This document shows, piece by piece, positions 47,224-55,139 of a stretch of 64,000 nt of DNA; the stretch's first letter is position 1; every line of letters begins with the position of its first letter. Source of the DNA: an uncultured Christensenella sp. GTDB lineage: Bacteria; Bacillota; Clostridia; Christensenellales; CAG-917. The notes beneath the pieces are model-generated. The model saw only the letters and a list, made by a program, of their open reading frames with translations, did not search any database and was not told the origin of the DNA. Both the position numbers and the translations under genes were made by a program. The stretch is taken from the NCBI GenBank assembly GCA_910584155.1, contig CAJTYG010000006.1, forward strand, positions 67,844 to 131,843, read 5' to 3'.

Positions 47224-47228
47224 AAAGC

Positions 47229-47600
47229 TTATTGTGCCTGACGTTTTTGATAATCGTCGATAGCCATACGTATGGCGTCCTCGGCAAGCACGGAGCAATG
47301 TATCTTTTGCGGAGGCAAGCCCTCAAGCTCGGTGATGACGTCCTTGTTTGTAAGCTTCAACGCTTCCTCAACGGTTTTGCCTATTATCATTCCCGTCGCC
47401 GTAGAGCTTGAAGCCACAGCCGCTGCACAGCCAAAGGTTTTAAACTTTGCGTCAACGATTATGCCGTCCTCAATGCGCATTGTGATTTGCATTATATCTC
47501 CGCAGGTCTCGTTGCCTACGGTACCTATAGCATTGTAGTTTTCCACCTCGCCCATATGCTGAGGATTTTTAAAAACTTCCATAACCTTTTCGTTGTACAT
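47229..47600 (-). CDS. iscU: Fe-S cluster scaffold protein (NifU N-terminal / IscU type)
   Basis: Conserved Cys contexts NETCGD, FGCAAAVASSS and IHCSVLA. ATG 47600 follows AAAGGAG. The ORF-track start at 47675 lies inside nifS. Confidence 0.85.
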   Translation of the reverse strand: MYNEKVMEVFKNPQHMGEVENYNAIGTVGNETCGDIMQITMRIEDGIIVDAKFKTFGCAAAVASSSTATGMIIGKTVEEALKLTNKDVITELEGLPPQKIHCSVLAEDAIRMAIDDYQKRQAQ

Positions 47601-47631
47601 ATATTCTCCTTTGCAGATAACTGCGAAAACT

Positions 47632-48801
47632 TTATTTCTTTTTGTAAAGCGGCGACATTGCACGCAGCTTTTCAACTGTCTTTACAAGCTCGTCGACAAC
47701 GTAGTCAACGTCCTCGACTGTGTTTTCCTTGCCAAAGGTAAAACGTATCGAGCCATGCGCCGTGCCTACGGGCACGCCTATAGCAAGCAATGTCCTTGAC
47801 GGTTCAAGCGAGCCTGACGAGCAAGCCGAGCCTGACGATGCGCATATGCCGGCAAGGTCAAGCGAAAATAAAATGGACTCGCCTTCGATGTATCTGAAGC
47901 TGAAGTTGGCGTTGTTGTAGAGCCTTTTGGACATATCCTTTGCGCCGTTAAAATAAATTTCGTCTATTCTTTCAAGCACCTTGCTTACAAATCTGTTGCG
48001 CAGCTCGCCAACGTATTTTGCGGTTTCGTCTATATTTTCAACCGCTTCCTTCAGGGCGACCGCCATACCCACAACGCCGGGGGTGTTTGTGGTACCTCCT
48101 CTGTGCGCACGCTCCTGCTCGCCGCCGGTAAGCAGCTTTTCTATGCGCAGACCGTTGCGCACATAAAGTGCGCCCATTCCCTTAGGACCGCAAAACTTAT
48201 GTGCCGACATTGACAGCAAATCAACACCGAGCTCTTTGACGTCGTATTTTATTGCGCCCGTCGCCTGCACTGCGTCGGTATGGAACAGCACGCCGTGCTT
48301 ATGGGCGACCTCGCAAAGCTGCTTTATCGGCTGCACTGTGCCTATCTCGTTGTTTGCAAACATAACGGATACAAGCACAGTATCTTCTCTTATCGCCTTG
48401 TCAAGATCGTCCGCAGATACAAAGCCCTCGCCGTCGACGGGAAGATAGGTCACCTCAAAGCCGAATTTTTCAAGCTGCTTGCAGGTCGTATATACGGCAG
48501 GGTGCTCTATGACAGACGTAACGATGTGCTTGCCCTTGTCTAACAACTGCGCCGCTATGCCCTTTATCGCCCAGTTGTCCGCTTCCGTCCCGCTCGATGT
48601 AAAATATATCTCGCTCGGCTTTGCGCCTATGCAGTCCGCAATAGTTTGCCTTGCTTCCGTCACGGCTTTTGCGCCGTCACGTCCAAAGGCGTGCTGCGAG
48701 TTTGCATTGCCAAACATATCCGAAAAATAGGGCTTCATTGCCTCAAACGCTTTTTGTGAAAGCGGTGTCGTAGCCGCATGATCAAGATAAATACGTTTCA
48801 T
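47632..48801 (-). CDS. nifS: Cysteine desulfurase (NifS type)
   Basis: SAHKFCGPKG carries the PLP lysine. SSGSACSSG is the active-site Cys loop. 389 aa. Confidence 0.88.
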   Translation of the reverse strand: MKRIYLDHAATTPLSQKAFEAMKPYFSDMFGNANSQHAFGRDGAKAVTEARQTIADCIGAKPSEIYFTSSGTEADNWAIKGIAAQLLDKGKHIVTSVIEHPAVYTTCKQLEKFGFEVTYLPVDGEGFVSADDLDKAIREDTVLVSVMFANNEIGTVQPIKQLCEVAHKHGVLFHTDAVQATGAIKYDVKELGVDLLSMSAHKFCGPKGMGALYVRNGLRIEKLLTGGEQERAHRGGTTNTPGVVGMAVALKEAVENIDETAKYVGELRNRFVSKVLERIDEIYFNGAKDMSKRLYNNANFSFRYIEGESILFSLDLAGICASSGSACSSGSLEPSRTLLAIGVPVGTAHGSIRFTFGKENTVEDVDYVVDELVKTVEKLRAMSPLYKKK

Positions 48802-48871
48802 AATCTGCCTCTGTGCAGTGTTTCTAATATATAGTACATCTTTATTATTGCCAAAATCAAGCGCAATAATA

Positions 48872-50125
48872 TTATTTTCTTATTTGTCCGTTTCCCTCGA
48901 CAACGTATTTTACCGATGTCAGTTCCTTAAGAGCTATAGGACCTCTCACATGCAGCTTTTGCGTGCTGATACCCATTTCCGCTCCCAAGCCGAATTCATA
49001 GCCGTCCGTGAACCTCGTAGAGGCATTGACATACACAGCCGCAGCGTCCACGTATTTTGTAAAGTATTGCTTCGCCGCATTATCCTCCGTGATGATCGCC
49101 TCGCTGTGACGTGTGCCGTTGGCGTTTATGATATCCACCGCCTGCTCGACGCTGTCCACAACGCTCACAGTGAGCTTATAGGTCAAAAATTCAGTTTTAT
49201 AATCATTATCACTCGCAACAGACAGCCACGGCGCTATCTCTTTTGCCCTGCTGTCGCCCAATACTTCCACCGAACAGCTCTTAAGCGCCTCGCAAACCGC
49301 AGGCACAAACTGAGCCGCAATAGCGCTGTCTACAAGCAAATGCTCCAAAGCATTGCAGGTGGACGGGCGCTGACATTTGGCGTTTAATACTATTTCTATC
49401 GCCTTATCGAAATCGGCGGTCTTTTCAACAAAAATATGGCAGTTTCCGCCTGCAGAGGCAATTACGGGCATTTTTGCGTTTTCAAGCACAAAATGCTTCA
49501 AGCCCTCGCCGCCTCTCGGAATTACGACGTCTACAAACTCGTCGTGCAAAAGCATTTCTCTGCCCGCCTCTCTGTCTGCGTCGTCGATAAAGCCTATCAC
49601 GTCTGCGTCAAGCCCGCAGTCAAGCACGGCATCACGCATAACGCTGTATAACGCTCGGTTGGTGTTTAAGGCGTCCTTGCTTCCTCTCAGCACAACGCCG
49701 TTGCCCGATTTTAAGCAAAGCGCAGCCGCATCGACGGTCACATTCGGGCGTGCCTCGTATATAATGCCTGTCACGCCTAAAGGCGCTCTTACTCTCTTTA
49801 AGCTCAAGCCGTTTGGCAGAGTGCGCTCCTCAACGATTTCACCAACGGGATCGGGAAGACTTTCTATCTGCTTCAAGCCGTCAACCATTGCGTCAAATCT
49901 CTGTTGCGTAAGCGTGAGCCTGTCAATAAACGTGTCGTCCTTTCCGTTTTTACGGGCAAGCGCAACATCTACGCCGTTACTTTTTAAAACGGCGCTTCTG
50001 TTTGCTTCGTCGCAAAGTGCGGCAGCAATACATGACAGCATTTGGTTTTTCTGACAAGTGTCATAGCCAGCCAAAGCATATGAGGCACGTTTTGTGCGCT
50101 TTAAAATTTCAACAACATCTATCAT
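48872..50125 (-). CDS. proA: Gamma-glutamyl phosphate reductase
   Basis: 417 aa ALDH-fold protein with ProA-typical segments (IPRGGEGLKHFV, CNALEHLLV, HSEAIITED). No proB lies adjacent. Confidence 0.8.
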   Translation of the reverse strand: MIDVVEILKRTKRASYALAGYDTCQKNQMLSCIAAALCDEANRSAVLKSNGVDVALARKNGKDDTFIDRLTLTQQRFDAMVDGLKQIESLPDPVGEIVEERTLPNGLSLKRVRAPLGVTGIIYEARPNVTVDAAALCLKSGNGVVLRGSKDALNTNRALYSVMRDAVLDCGLDADVIGFIDDADREAGREMLLHDEFVDVVIPRGGEGLKHFVLENAKMPVIASAGGNCHIFVEKTADFDKAIEIVLNAKCQRPSTCNALEHLLVDSAIAAQFVPAVCEALKSCSVEVLGDSRAKEIAPWLSVASDNDYKTEFLTYKLTVSVVDSVEQAVDIINANGTRHSEAIITEDNAAKQYFTKYVDAAAVYVNASTRFTDGYEFGLGAEMGISTQKLHVRGPIALKELTSVKYVVEGNGQIRK

Positions 50126-50180
50126 ACATATGCTACTGCCCCCGACGGTGCATCGAGGGCTGTTTTTTAATTTTGACTTT

Positions 50181-50202
50181 AATGTGAAATGTATTTCACA
50201 TT
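50181..50202. promoter_or_regulatory. 22-bp perfect palindrome AATGTGAAAT-gt-ATTTCACATT in the proA leader (candidate operator)
   Basis: 10-bp arms with a 2-bp spacer, located about +6 to +27 from the predicted proA promoter. A second 8-bp inverted repeat (TTGTCTGA at 50202..50209, TCAGACAA at 50229..50236) brackets the -10. Confidence 0.6.
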
Positions 50203-50213
50203 TGTCTGACTAT

Positions 50214-50242
50214 GTTATATCACCAACTTCAGACAATGTCAA
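50214..50242 (-). promoter_or_regulatory. Predicted sigma-A promoter of proA (TTGACA-17 bp-TATAAC)
   Basis: The reverse strand reads TTGACAttgtctgaagttggtgaTATAAC. The -35 is at 50242..50237 and the -10 at 50219..50214. Confidence 0.5.
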
Positions 50243-50255
50243 CTCTTATTTTATA

Positions 50256-50990
50256 TTATTCCTCAACGGTGAGATTTGCGTTGTGATACACGTTTTGCAC
50301 GTCGTCAAGCTCCTCAAGCTTGTCGATAAGCTTGATTATATTTGACTGCTGCTCGGGCGTGGGATCTACATAGTTGTCGGGGATCATAGACACCTCTGCA
50401 GACAGTATCTTTACGCCTGCGTCCTCTAAGCCCTTGCGCACATCAGTGAGTGCGGCGCTGTCGGTGTAAACCTCAAACACCTCGTCATCGTCGGAATTTA
50501 TATCCTCTGCGCCCGCCTCGAGCGCAAACATCATAAGGTCGTCCTCGCCGATATCCTCTTTAGCAACGGTGATGACGCCCTTGCGCTTGAACATAAAGGA
50601 AACGCAGCCCGTAGTGCCCATCGAGCCGCCGAATTTGTCAAACAAATGGCGCACGTCGCCCGCCGTACGGTTTTTATTGTCCGTAAGCGCCTCTACGATG
50701 AGCGCCGTTCCACCAACGCCGTAGCCCTCGTATGTCATTTCCTCATAGTTGATGCTGCCCAACTCGCCGCTTGCCTTTTTTATGCTGCGGGTAATGTTGT
50801 CGTTGGGCATATTGTTGTCCTTTGCCTTTGCAATGACCTGCGCCAGCTTGCTGTTTGAGTTGGGATCGGGACCGCCCTCCTTGACTGCTACCGCCAATTC
50901 ACGTCCGATTTTTGTAAAAATATTTGCACGGGCAGCGTCCGTTTTGCCCTTCTTCTGTTGAATATTGTGCCACTTGCTATGTCCGCTCAT
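50256..50990 (-). CDS. yebC: YebC/PmpR-family transcriptional regulator
   Basis: [19 protein letters not shown] is the invariant family N-terminus. 244 aa. Confidence 0.9.
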   Translation of the reverse strand: MSGHSKWHNIQQKKGKTDAARANIFTKIGRELAVAVKEGGPDPNSNSKLAQVIAKAKDNNMPNDNITRSIKKASGELGSINYEEMTYEGYGVGGTALIVEALTDNKNRTAGDVRHLFDKFGGSMGTTGCVSFMFKRKGVITVAKEDIGEDDLMMFALEAGAEDINSDDDEVFEVYTDSAALTDVRKGLEDAGVKILSAEVSMIPDNYVDPTPEQQSNIIKLIDKLEELDDVQNVYHNANLTVEE

Positions 50991-50999
50991 AATAAACTC

Positions 51000-51746
51000 C
51001 TATACTGTTTGATACATTGCCACCGCAGTTGCAACTGCGACGTTCAACGACTCTATTTGGTTTTTCATAGGCAAAGAATAGATATGCTTTGCCTCACGTT
51101 TTAAGCATTCTCTTACGCCGTGCGCCTCATTGCCTGCGACAAAGAGCACGGGAGCGTCTATCTCGGCGCCGATAATATTTTCGCCGCCCATATCGAGCAC
51201 AGCGCTGTTGCAGTTTTGCATTAGCATCAAAGCCTGCGCCTCGTCGATATTACAAACTCTTGCCTTAAACAGCGAGCCGAGCGTCGCACGTATCGCCTTT
51301 GGCGAATACAAATCGACAGTGTCAAGCAAATATATATCGCAAAAGTCGCAAGCCACAGCCGTCCGCATTATCGTGCCTATATTGCCGGGGTCAGACACTC
51401 CGTCAAGCAGGAGCGCATTTCCGACAGGCAGCTCAAACCTCTCGCTCGGTATTTTGCAAACCGCCGCTATGCCATATGGCGTAGCCGTATCCGCAAAACT
51501 GTCCATAACCGCATCCGATACGCAAAATATGCCGTCCTCGACCTTGCGTGCAAAAAACATTGCCTGCGCCTCGTCAAATCTTGAGGACGTGGCAAGCACA
51601 AACTTCACTTCCACGCCGTCCGCCATATCCCGCAAAAGGTTGACTCCCTCTACCAAAAACAGCCCCGTTTCCACACGGGACTTTCTTTTTGCAAGCGAAC
51701 GTGCAAGCTTGACAAGTCTGTTTTGAGTGGATGAGATTATATCCAT
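51000..51746 (-). CDS. TrmH/SpoU-family RNA 2'-O-methyltransferase (YsgA/RlmB-like)
   Basis: SPOUT motifs DGVSDPGNIGTIMRTA, VAGNEAHGV and IPMKNQIESLNVAVATAVAMY. Located downstream of rplT, as Bacillus ysgA is. Confidence 0.8.
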   Translation of the reverse strand: MDIISSTQNRLVKLARSLAKRKSRVETGLFLVEGVNLLRDMADGVEVKFVLATSSRFDEAQAMFFARKVEDGIFCVSDAVMDSFADTATPYGIAAVCKIPSERFELPVGNALLLDGVSDPGNIGTIMRTAVACDFCDIYLLDTVDLYSPKAIRATLGSLFKARVCNIDEAQALMLMQNCNSAVLDMGGENIIGAEIDAPVLFVAGNEAHGVRECLKREAKHIYSLPMKNQIESLNVAVATAVAMYQTV

Positions 51747-51818
51747 AATGCTCGGTTTAGCGCAGCTTTGGCACTTTACGCACCAAAACTGCGAGATAAA
51801 CGCTTTGTTTGTAATTTA

Positions 51819-51843
51819 CAAAATGCGCCGTAAGCGCATTTTG
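51819..51843 (-). terminator. Terminator after rplT
   Basis: AAAATGCGCcgtaaGCGCATTTT, a symmetric hairpin with flanking A and T runs. Confidence 0.6.
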
Positions 51844-51855
51844 AAAGGTTTTAAA

Positions 51856-52209
51856 TTATGCAAGTGCTTTTTTTGCGTCCTCGCAAAGCACTGTAAACGC
51901 CTTGGGATCGCTTATTGCTATTTCGCTGAGCACCTTTCTGTTGAGGTCTATGCCTGCAAGCTTCAAGCCGTGCATAAGTGTGGAATACGTCATTCCGTTA
52001 AGACGTGCGGCAGCGTTGATACGTGCGATCCAAAGCTGTCTGAAATCACGCTTTTTCTGCTTTCTGCCAACGTAAGCATACACACCGCTCTTGAGCAGTT
52101 GTTGTTTGGCTACACGGTAAAGCGCATGCTTCCCTGCATAGTAGCCCTTGGCTTGCTTCATTATTTTTCTACGTTTTTTTACTGCGTTAACCGCTCTTTT
52201 AATTCTCAT
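51856..52209 (-). CDS. rplT: 50S ribosomal protein L20
   Basis: [25 protein letters not shown]-type N-terminus. 117 aa. Confidence 0.95.
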   Translation of the reverse strand: MRIKRAVNAVKKRRKIMKQAKGYYAGKHALYRVAKQQLLKSGVYAYVGRKQKKRDFRQLWIARINAAARLNGMTYSTLMHGLKLAGIDLNRKVLSEIAISDPKAFTVLCEDAKKALA

Positions 52210-52222
52210 ATCTTAGACCTCC

Positions 52223-52420
52223 TTATTTGTACGGCAGGAGTTTCTTCAACTCGTCACATCTTGTTTCGTCAACGTATTCGATTGAACGAAGGTCTCTCTT
52301 TCTCTTTCTTGTCTTCTTTGTCAGAAGGTGGCTGTGAGCAGAGTGTCCTCTCTTGTAAAGACCGTTTGCTGTTACACGGAAACGCTTTTTTGCACCGCTA
52401 TGTGTTTTTTGCTTTGGCAT
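52223..52420 (-). CDS. rpmI: 50S ribosomal protein L35
   Basis: MPKQKTHSGAKKRFRVT. 65 aa. Confidence 0.95.
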   Translation of the reverse strand: MPKQKTHSGAKKRFRVTANGLYKRGHSAHSHLLTKKTRKRKRDLRSIEYVDETRCDELKKLLPYK

Positions 52421-52468
52421 AAGTCTGCCTCCTCTATTTTATTGCTTTGCCCTAAGGCTAAAATATTG

Positions 52469-52981
52469 TCACTTTTTTGTTGCGGGAGCAAGAATTGTAA
52501 ATATCATTCTGCCCTCTTGCGTCGGCTTTTTTTCGACCGTACACTCGCCGACAAGCGCTATATAGTCCTCAACGATTTTGACTGCGATCTCGGGATGAGC
52601 CTGCTGACGTCCCTTGAGCCTTATAGACGCCTTGACCTTGTTGCCGTCCGTCAAAAATTTTGCCGTTTGCGCCGCAAGCCTTTTGGTATCGCCAACGTCT
52701 ATGGTCGCAGACAGGCGGATCTCTTTTATCTCGGTGACGTGCTGATTTTTCTTTGCCTCTTTTTCACGCTTCTGCTGCTCATAGCGATACTTGCCGTAGT
52801 CCATAAGCTTGCAGGTTGCAGGCACAACGCCCGGAGGTGTGACCTTGCAAAGGTCAAGCCCCTTGCTTTCGGCTATCGAAAGCGCTTCACGGGTGGGAAT
52901 AACACCGTAAGCATTGCCGTCCTCGCCAATGAGGCGCACTTCCCTGTCCTTGATCTGTTCGTTGATAAAAAGTTCTTTCAA
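52469..52981 (-). CDS. infC: Translation initiation factor IF-3, TTG start
   Basis: The IF-3 core starts at KELFINEQIKDREVRLIGEDG. In-frame TTG at 52981 lies 6 nt after AAGGAG. The 53 codons upstream in the track ORF are leader sequence containing a promoter and a terminator hairpin. Confidence 0.85.
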   Translation of the reverse strand: MKELFINEQIKDREVRLIGEDGNAYGVIPTREALSIAESKGLDLCKVTPPGVVPATCKLMDYGKYRYEQQKREKEAKKNQHVTEIKEIRLSATIDVGDTKRLAAQTAKFLTDGNKVKASIRLKGRQQAHPEIAVKIVEDYIALVGECTVEKKPTQEGRMIFTILAPATKK

Positions 52982-53136
52982 ATGATACTCCTTGCACTGC
53001 GTGCGATTTTGTTGCCGACAATAAAAAATGTCGGAAAGCAAATATCCGACACCTAAACTTTGGCTGACAGCCAGTATTTTAAGTTCATTCAACCACGTCG
53101 CTTCGCTGATGGTGAAAGGGATTACCTTTGCTTTGC
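52982..53136 (-). promoter_or_regulatory. infC-rpmI-rplT leader with an intrinsic terminator (L20-leader-type attenuator, inferred)
   Basis: A leader of about 155 nt lies between the predicted promoter and the infC TTG. It contains GTCGGAtatttgcttTCCGACATTTTTTAT (53050..53021, reverse strand). Confidence 0.5.
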
Positions 53137-53142
53137 TCAATC

Positions 53143-53171
53143 ATATTATCAAATACAAATTGCTTTGTCAA
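53143..53171 (-). promoter_or_regulatory. Predicted sigma-A promoter of the infC operon (TTGACA-17 bp-TAATAT with upstream TG)
   Basis: The reverse strand reads TTGACAaagcaatttgtatTTGATAATAT. The -35 is at 53171..53166 and the -10 at 53148..53143. Confidence 0.6.
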
Positions 53172-53295
53172 TCGTTTTATCAAACTGAAAGACAAAATTC
53201 AGATTATTATATTGTCAATAAGATAATATTATGTACTTAAAATATAAATAACAGATAAACAGCATTTAAAAGCGCCGCTTTCGCAGCGCTTAAAA

Positions 53296-53694
53296 TCATA
53301 TTATCTGCGCTATCATAGCAATGCTAAGTGCGACAGTCGCTATAAACGTCGCTATCCACACCGCAAGCGCAACCCAGCCTATAGGTCTTTTGTTCACCCT
53401 AAGCTGATATATCATAGCGACAAGCCCACGCAGCGTAAATTCAAACAGTCCCACAACCATCAGCAAAGCAAGCAAAACTATAAACACCATGGCTACGATG
53501 CCGCCGTCGCTCTTTAAAAGTGCCGACACGCCAAACGCACAGAGTATGACCATCGTAGCGCCGACAATGGACGTGATGATCGACTGTACGCCGAAATAAA
53601 CCGACTTTTCACGCTTTTCGGGATCCGAAATTATGCGGTTGTACCACATACTCAAAGTCGAAAAATACATTATCAATTTCCAAAAGCTATTCAT
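53296..53694 (-). CDS. Integral membrane protein (about 4 TM), unknown function
   Basis: ATG 53694 (MNSFWKLIMYF) follows GAAGGTG. Hydrophobic throughout. Confidence 0.5.
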   Translation of the reverse strand: MNSFWKLIMYFSTLSMWYNRIISDPEKREKSVYFGVQSIITSIVGATMVILCAFGVSALLKSDGGIVAMVFIVLLALLMVVGLFEFTLRGLVAMIYQLRVNKRPIGWVALAVWIATFIATVALSIAMIAQII

Positions 53695-53768
53695 AAACAC
53701 ACCTTCTTTAATACATAATAACACATAAACGGCGCTTTAACAAGATATGGCTTGCATTTGGTTTCAAA

Positions 53769-54056
53769 TTATGACTCAAATTTCTCGACACGCATTTTTA
53801 ATTTATATTTTGTCCTAAGCTCGGCAATACTCTTCATCATATCTGATTTGTGATGTGCGTCTATTGCCTGCTGATCCTTCCAACGGTCGATAAGCAAAAC
53901 GGTCTCTTTGTCGTCCATAGGCAAAAAATATTCATATTTTTCATTGCCCTCTTCCGCCCTTACAGCGTCGACTATGCCGCTTGAGCGCATCTCGTTTGCA
54001 AACTCTATAGCGCTGCCGTTCTTGCCCGTGTAATAAATGTTGACTGTTATGCTCAT
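53769..54056 (-). CDS. ABM-domain (antibiotic-biosynthesis-monooxygenase-like) protein
   Basis: 95 aa. A ferredoxin-like beta-alpha-beta pattern with LLIDRWKDQQAIDAHHKS is typical of ABM/YgiN-type proteins. ATG 54056 follows GAGGTG. Confidence 0.6.
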   Translation of the reverse strand: MSITVNIYYTGKNGSAIEFANEMRSSGIVDAVRAEEGNEKYEYFLPMDDKETVLLIDRWKDQQAIDAHHKSDMMKSIAELRTKYKLKMRVEKFES

Positions 54057-54173
54057 ATCCACCTCACTGCAAAATGTTGTAAATGGATATTAGCACAATC
54101 GGCACAAAAAAACAATACGCAAATGTACCGACAAAGAAATGTTGCAAAAATATCCTCAAATGCAAAACAACAT

Positions 54174-54202
54174 TTGACACTTGTCAAAAGAATTGATATA
54201 CT
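54174..54202 (+). promoter_or_regulatory. Predicted sigma-A promoter of the tRNA pair (TTGACA-17 bp-TATACT)
   Basis: TTGACActtgtcaaaagaattgaTATACT lies 28 nt upstream of tRNA-Ser. Confidence 0.6.
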
Positions 54203-54229
54203 ATTAAAGCATTAAATCGATAAGCGCTT

Positions 54230-54318
54230 GGAAGCGTATCGAAGTGGTCATAACGAGGCGGTCTTGAAAACCGTTTGGGTGCAAGCCCACAGGGGTTCGA
54301 ATCCCTTCGCTTCCGCCA
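54230..54318 (+). tRNA. tRNA-Ser (anticodon UGA), CCA encoded
   Basis: Acceptor GGAAGCG/CGCTTCC. 3-bp D stem TCG/CGA. Anticodon stem GCGGT/ACCGT with loop CTTGAAA. Long variable arm. T arm AGGGG-TTCGAAT-CCCTT. 89 nt. Confidence 0.9.
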
Positions 54319-54320
54319 TT

Positions 54321-54396
<76 letters not shown>

Positions 54397-54404
54397 TAAA
54401 AAAA

Positions 54405-54434
54405 CACGGCACACCAAAGTGTCGTGATTTTTTA
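54405..54434 (+). terminator. Rho-independent terminator after the tRNA pair
   Basis: CACGGCACaccaaaGTGTCGTG (one G-T pair) followed by ATTTTTT. Confidence 0.65.
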
Positions 54435-54523
54435 TACAACGATAAAACAGAATTGTACAGTGACTGCTCGTCCTTACCAACCCTATCGGGGTCCCCATAA
54501 ATTTTTAATTTGTGGGGTGATCT

Positions 54524-54553
54524 GACGAGGTCACCGGTTCAAGTCCGGTTAGC
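54524..54553 (+). other. 30-nt exact copy of the tRNA-Thr 3' part (variable loop, T arm, start of the acceptor 3' strand)
   Basis: GACGAGGTCACCGGTTCAAGTCCGGTTAGC is identical to 54360..54389. No matching 5' half is present. An inverted 14-nt copy of the anticodon-arm segment (CTCGTCCTTACCAA, 54467..54480) lies upstream. Confidence 0.85.
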
Positions 54554-54650
54554 GCACTGCGTGCGCAAATTTTGTTGTGAACATAAATGATACTTGCCTT
54601 TGGAAATATGTAATAATATAAAATACGAAGATGACACATCTTCAAGCCGC

Positions 54651-54992
54651 TCACCATACGTCATCGTCGAGCACAGAATTTAACTTTGCCTCTTTTGCCT
54701 TTTTGCGCTTCCCTGTTTTATTCTCGTGCGATAGGGCGATAAAAAACAATATCAACTGCACCCCGAAAATTGCGCAACCTGATGATAACAGTGCAATGCC
54801 CGTTACGTCCTTTGCGCCTTTCTCAACCAAAATGACAATGCCAAACAAAACCAAAAAGAAAACTGCACAGCTTACAAGCACGCTCAAAACCTTGAGCGTC
54901 ACTCTCTGCCACTTTTTAAACTGAGCGTCGGGCACTAATATCTCGGCAATTTCGAGATACATTTCCATTATGATTTCAAGCAGTATTTCCAT
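54651..54992 (-). CDS. Small membrane protein (2 TM), unknown function; start uncertain
   Basis: Hydrophobic segments VLSVLVSCAVFFLVLFGIVILV and GIALLSSGCAIFGVQLILFFIAL, then a basic tail. No clear SD at any candidate start. Confidence 0.4.
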   Translation of the reverse strand: MEILLEIIMEMYLEIAEILVPDAQFKKWQRVTLKVLSVLVSCAVFFLVLFGIVILVEKGAKDVTGIALLSSGCAIFGVQLILFFIALSHENKTGKRKKAKEAKLNSVLDDDVW

Positions 54993-55046
54993 ATAAATAA
55001 TATTATATCAAATCTTAGCATTTAGCGCAACATCATCTTTATGCAC

Positions 55047-55073
55047 ACAAAAGCCCCGTATAAACGGGGCTTT
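55047..55073 (-). terminator. Terminator after the flavoprotein/kinase operon
   Basis: The reverse strand reads AAAGCCCCGtttataCGGGGCTTTTGTGTG. Confidence 0.55.
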
Positions 55074-55139
55074 CTGGACATTATCAAAGCATTGTAGCAA
55101 ATACGATTTTTTGATATTGATTTGTGCCGTATCTTATAA

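Noticed and set aside
50181-50202. The proA leader palindrome as a canonical Rex or CRP/FNR operator
   Set aside because: The half-sites TGTGA/TCACA are present, but the spacer is 8 nt rather than 6. It is kept as an unassigned operator candidate only.
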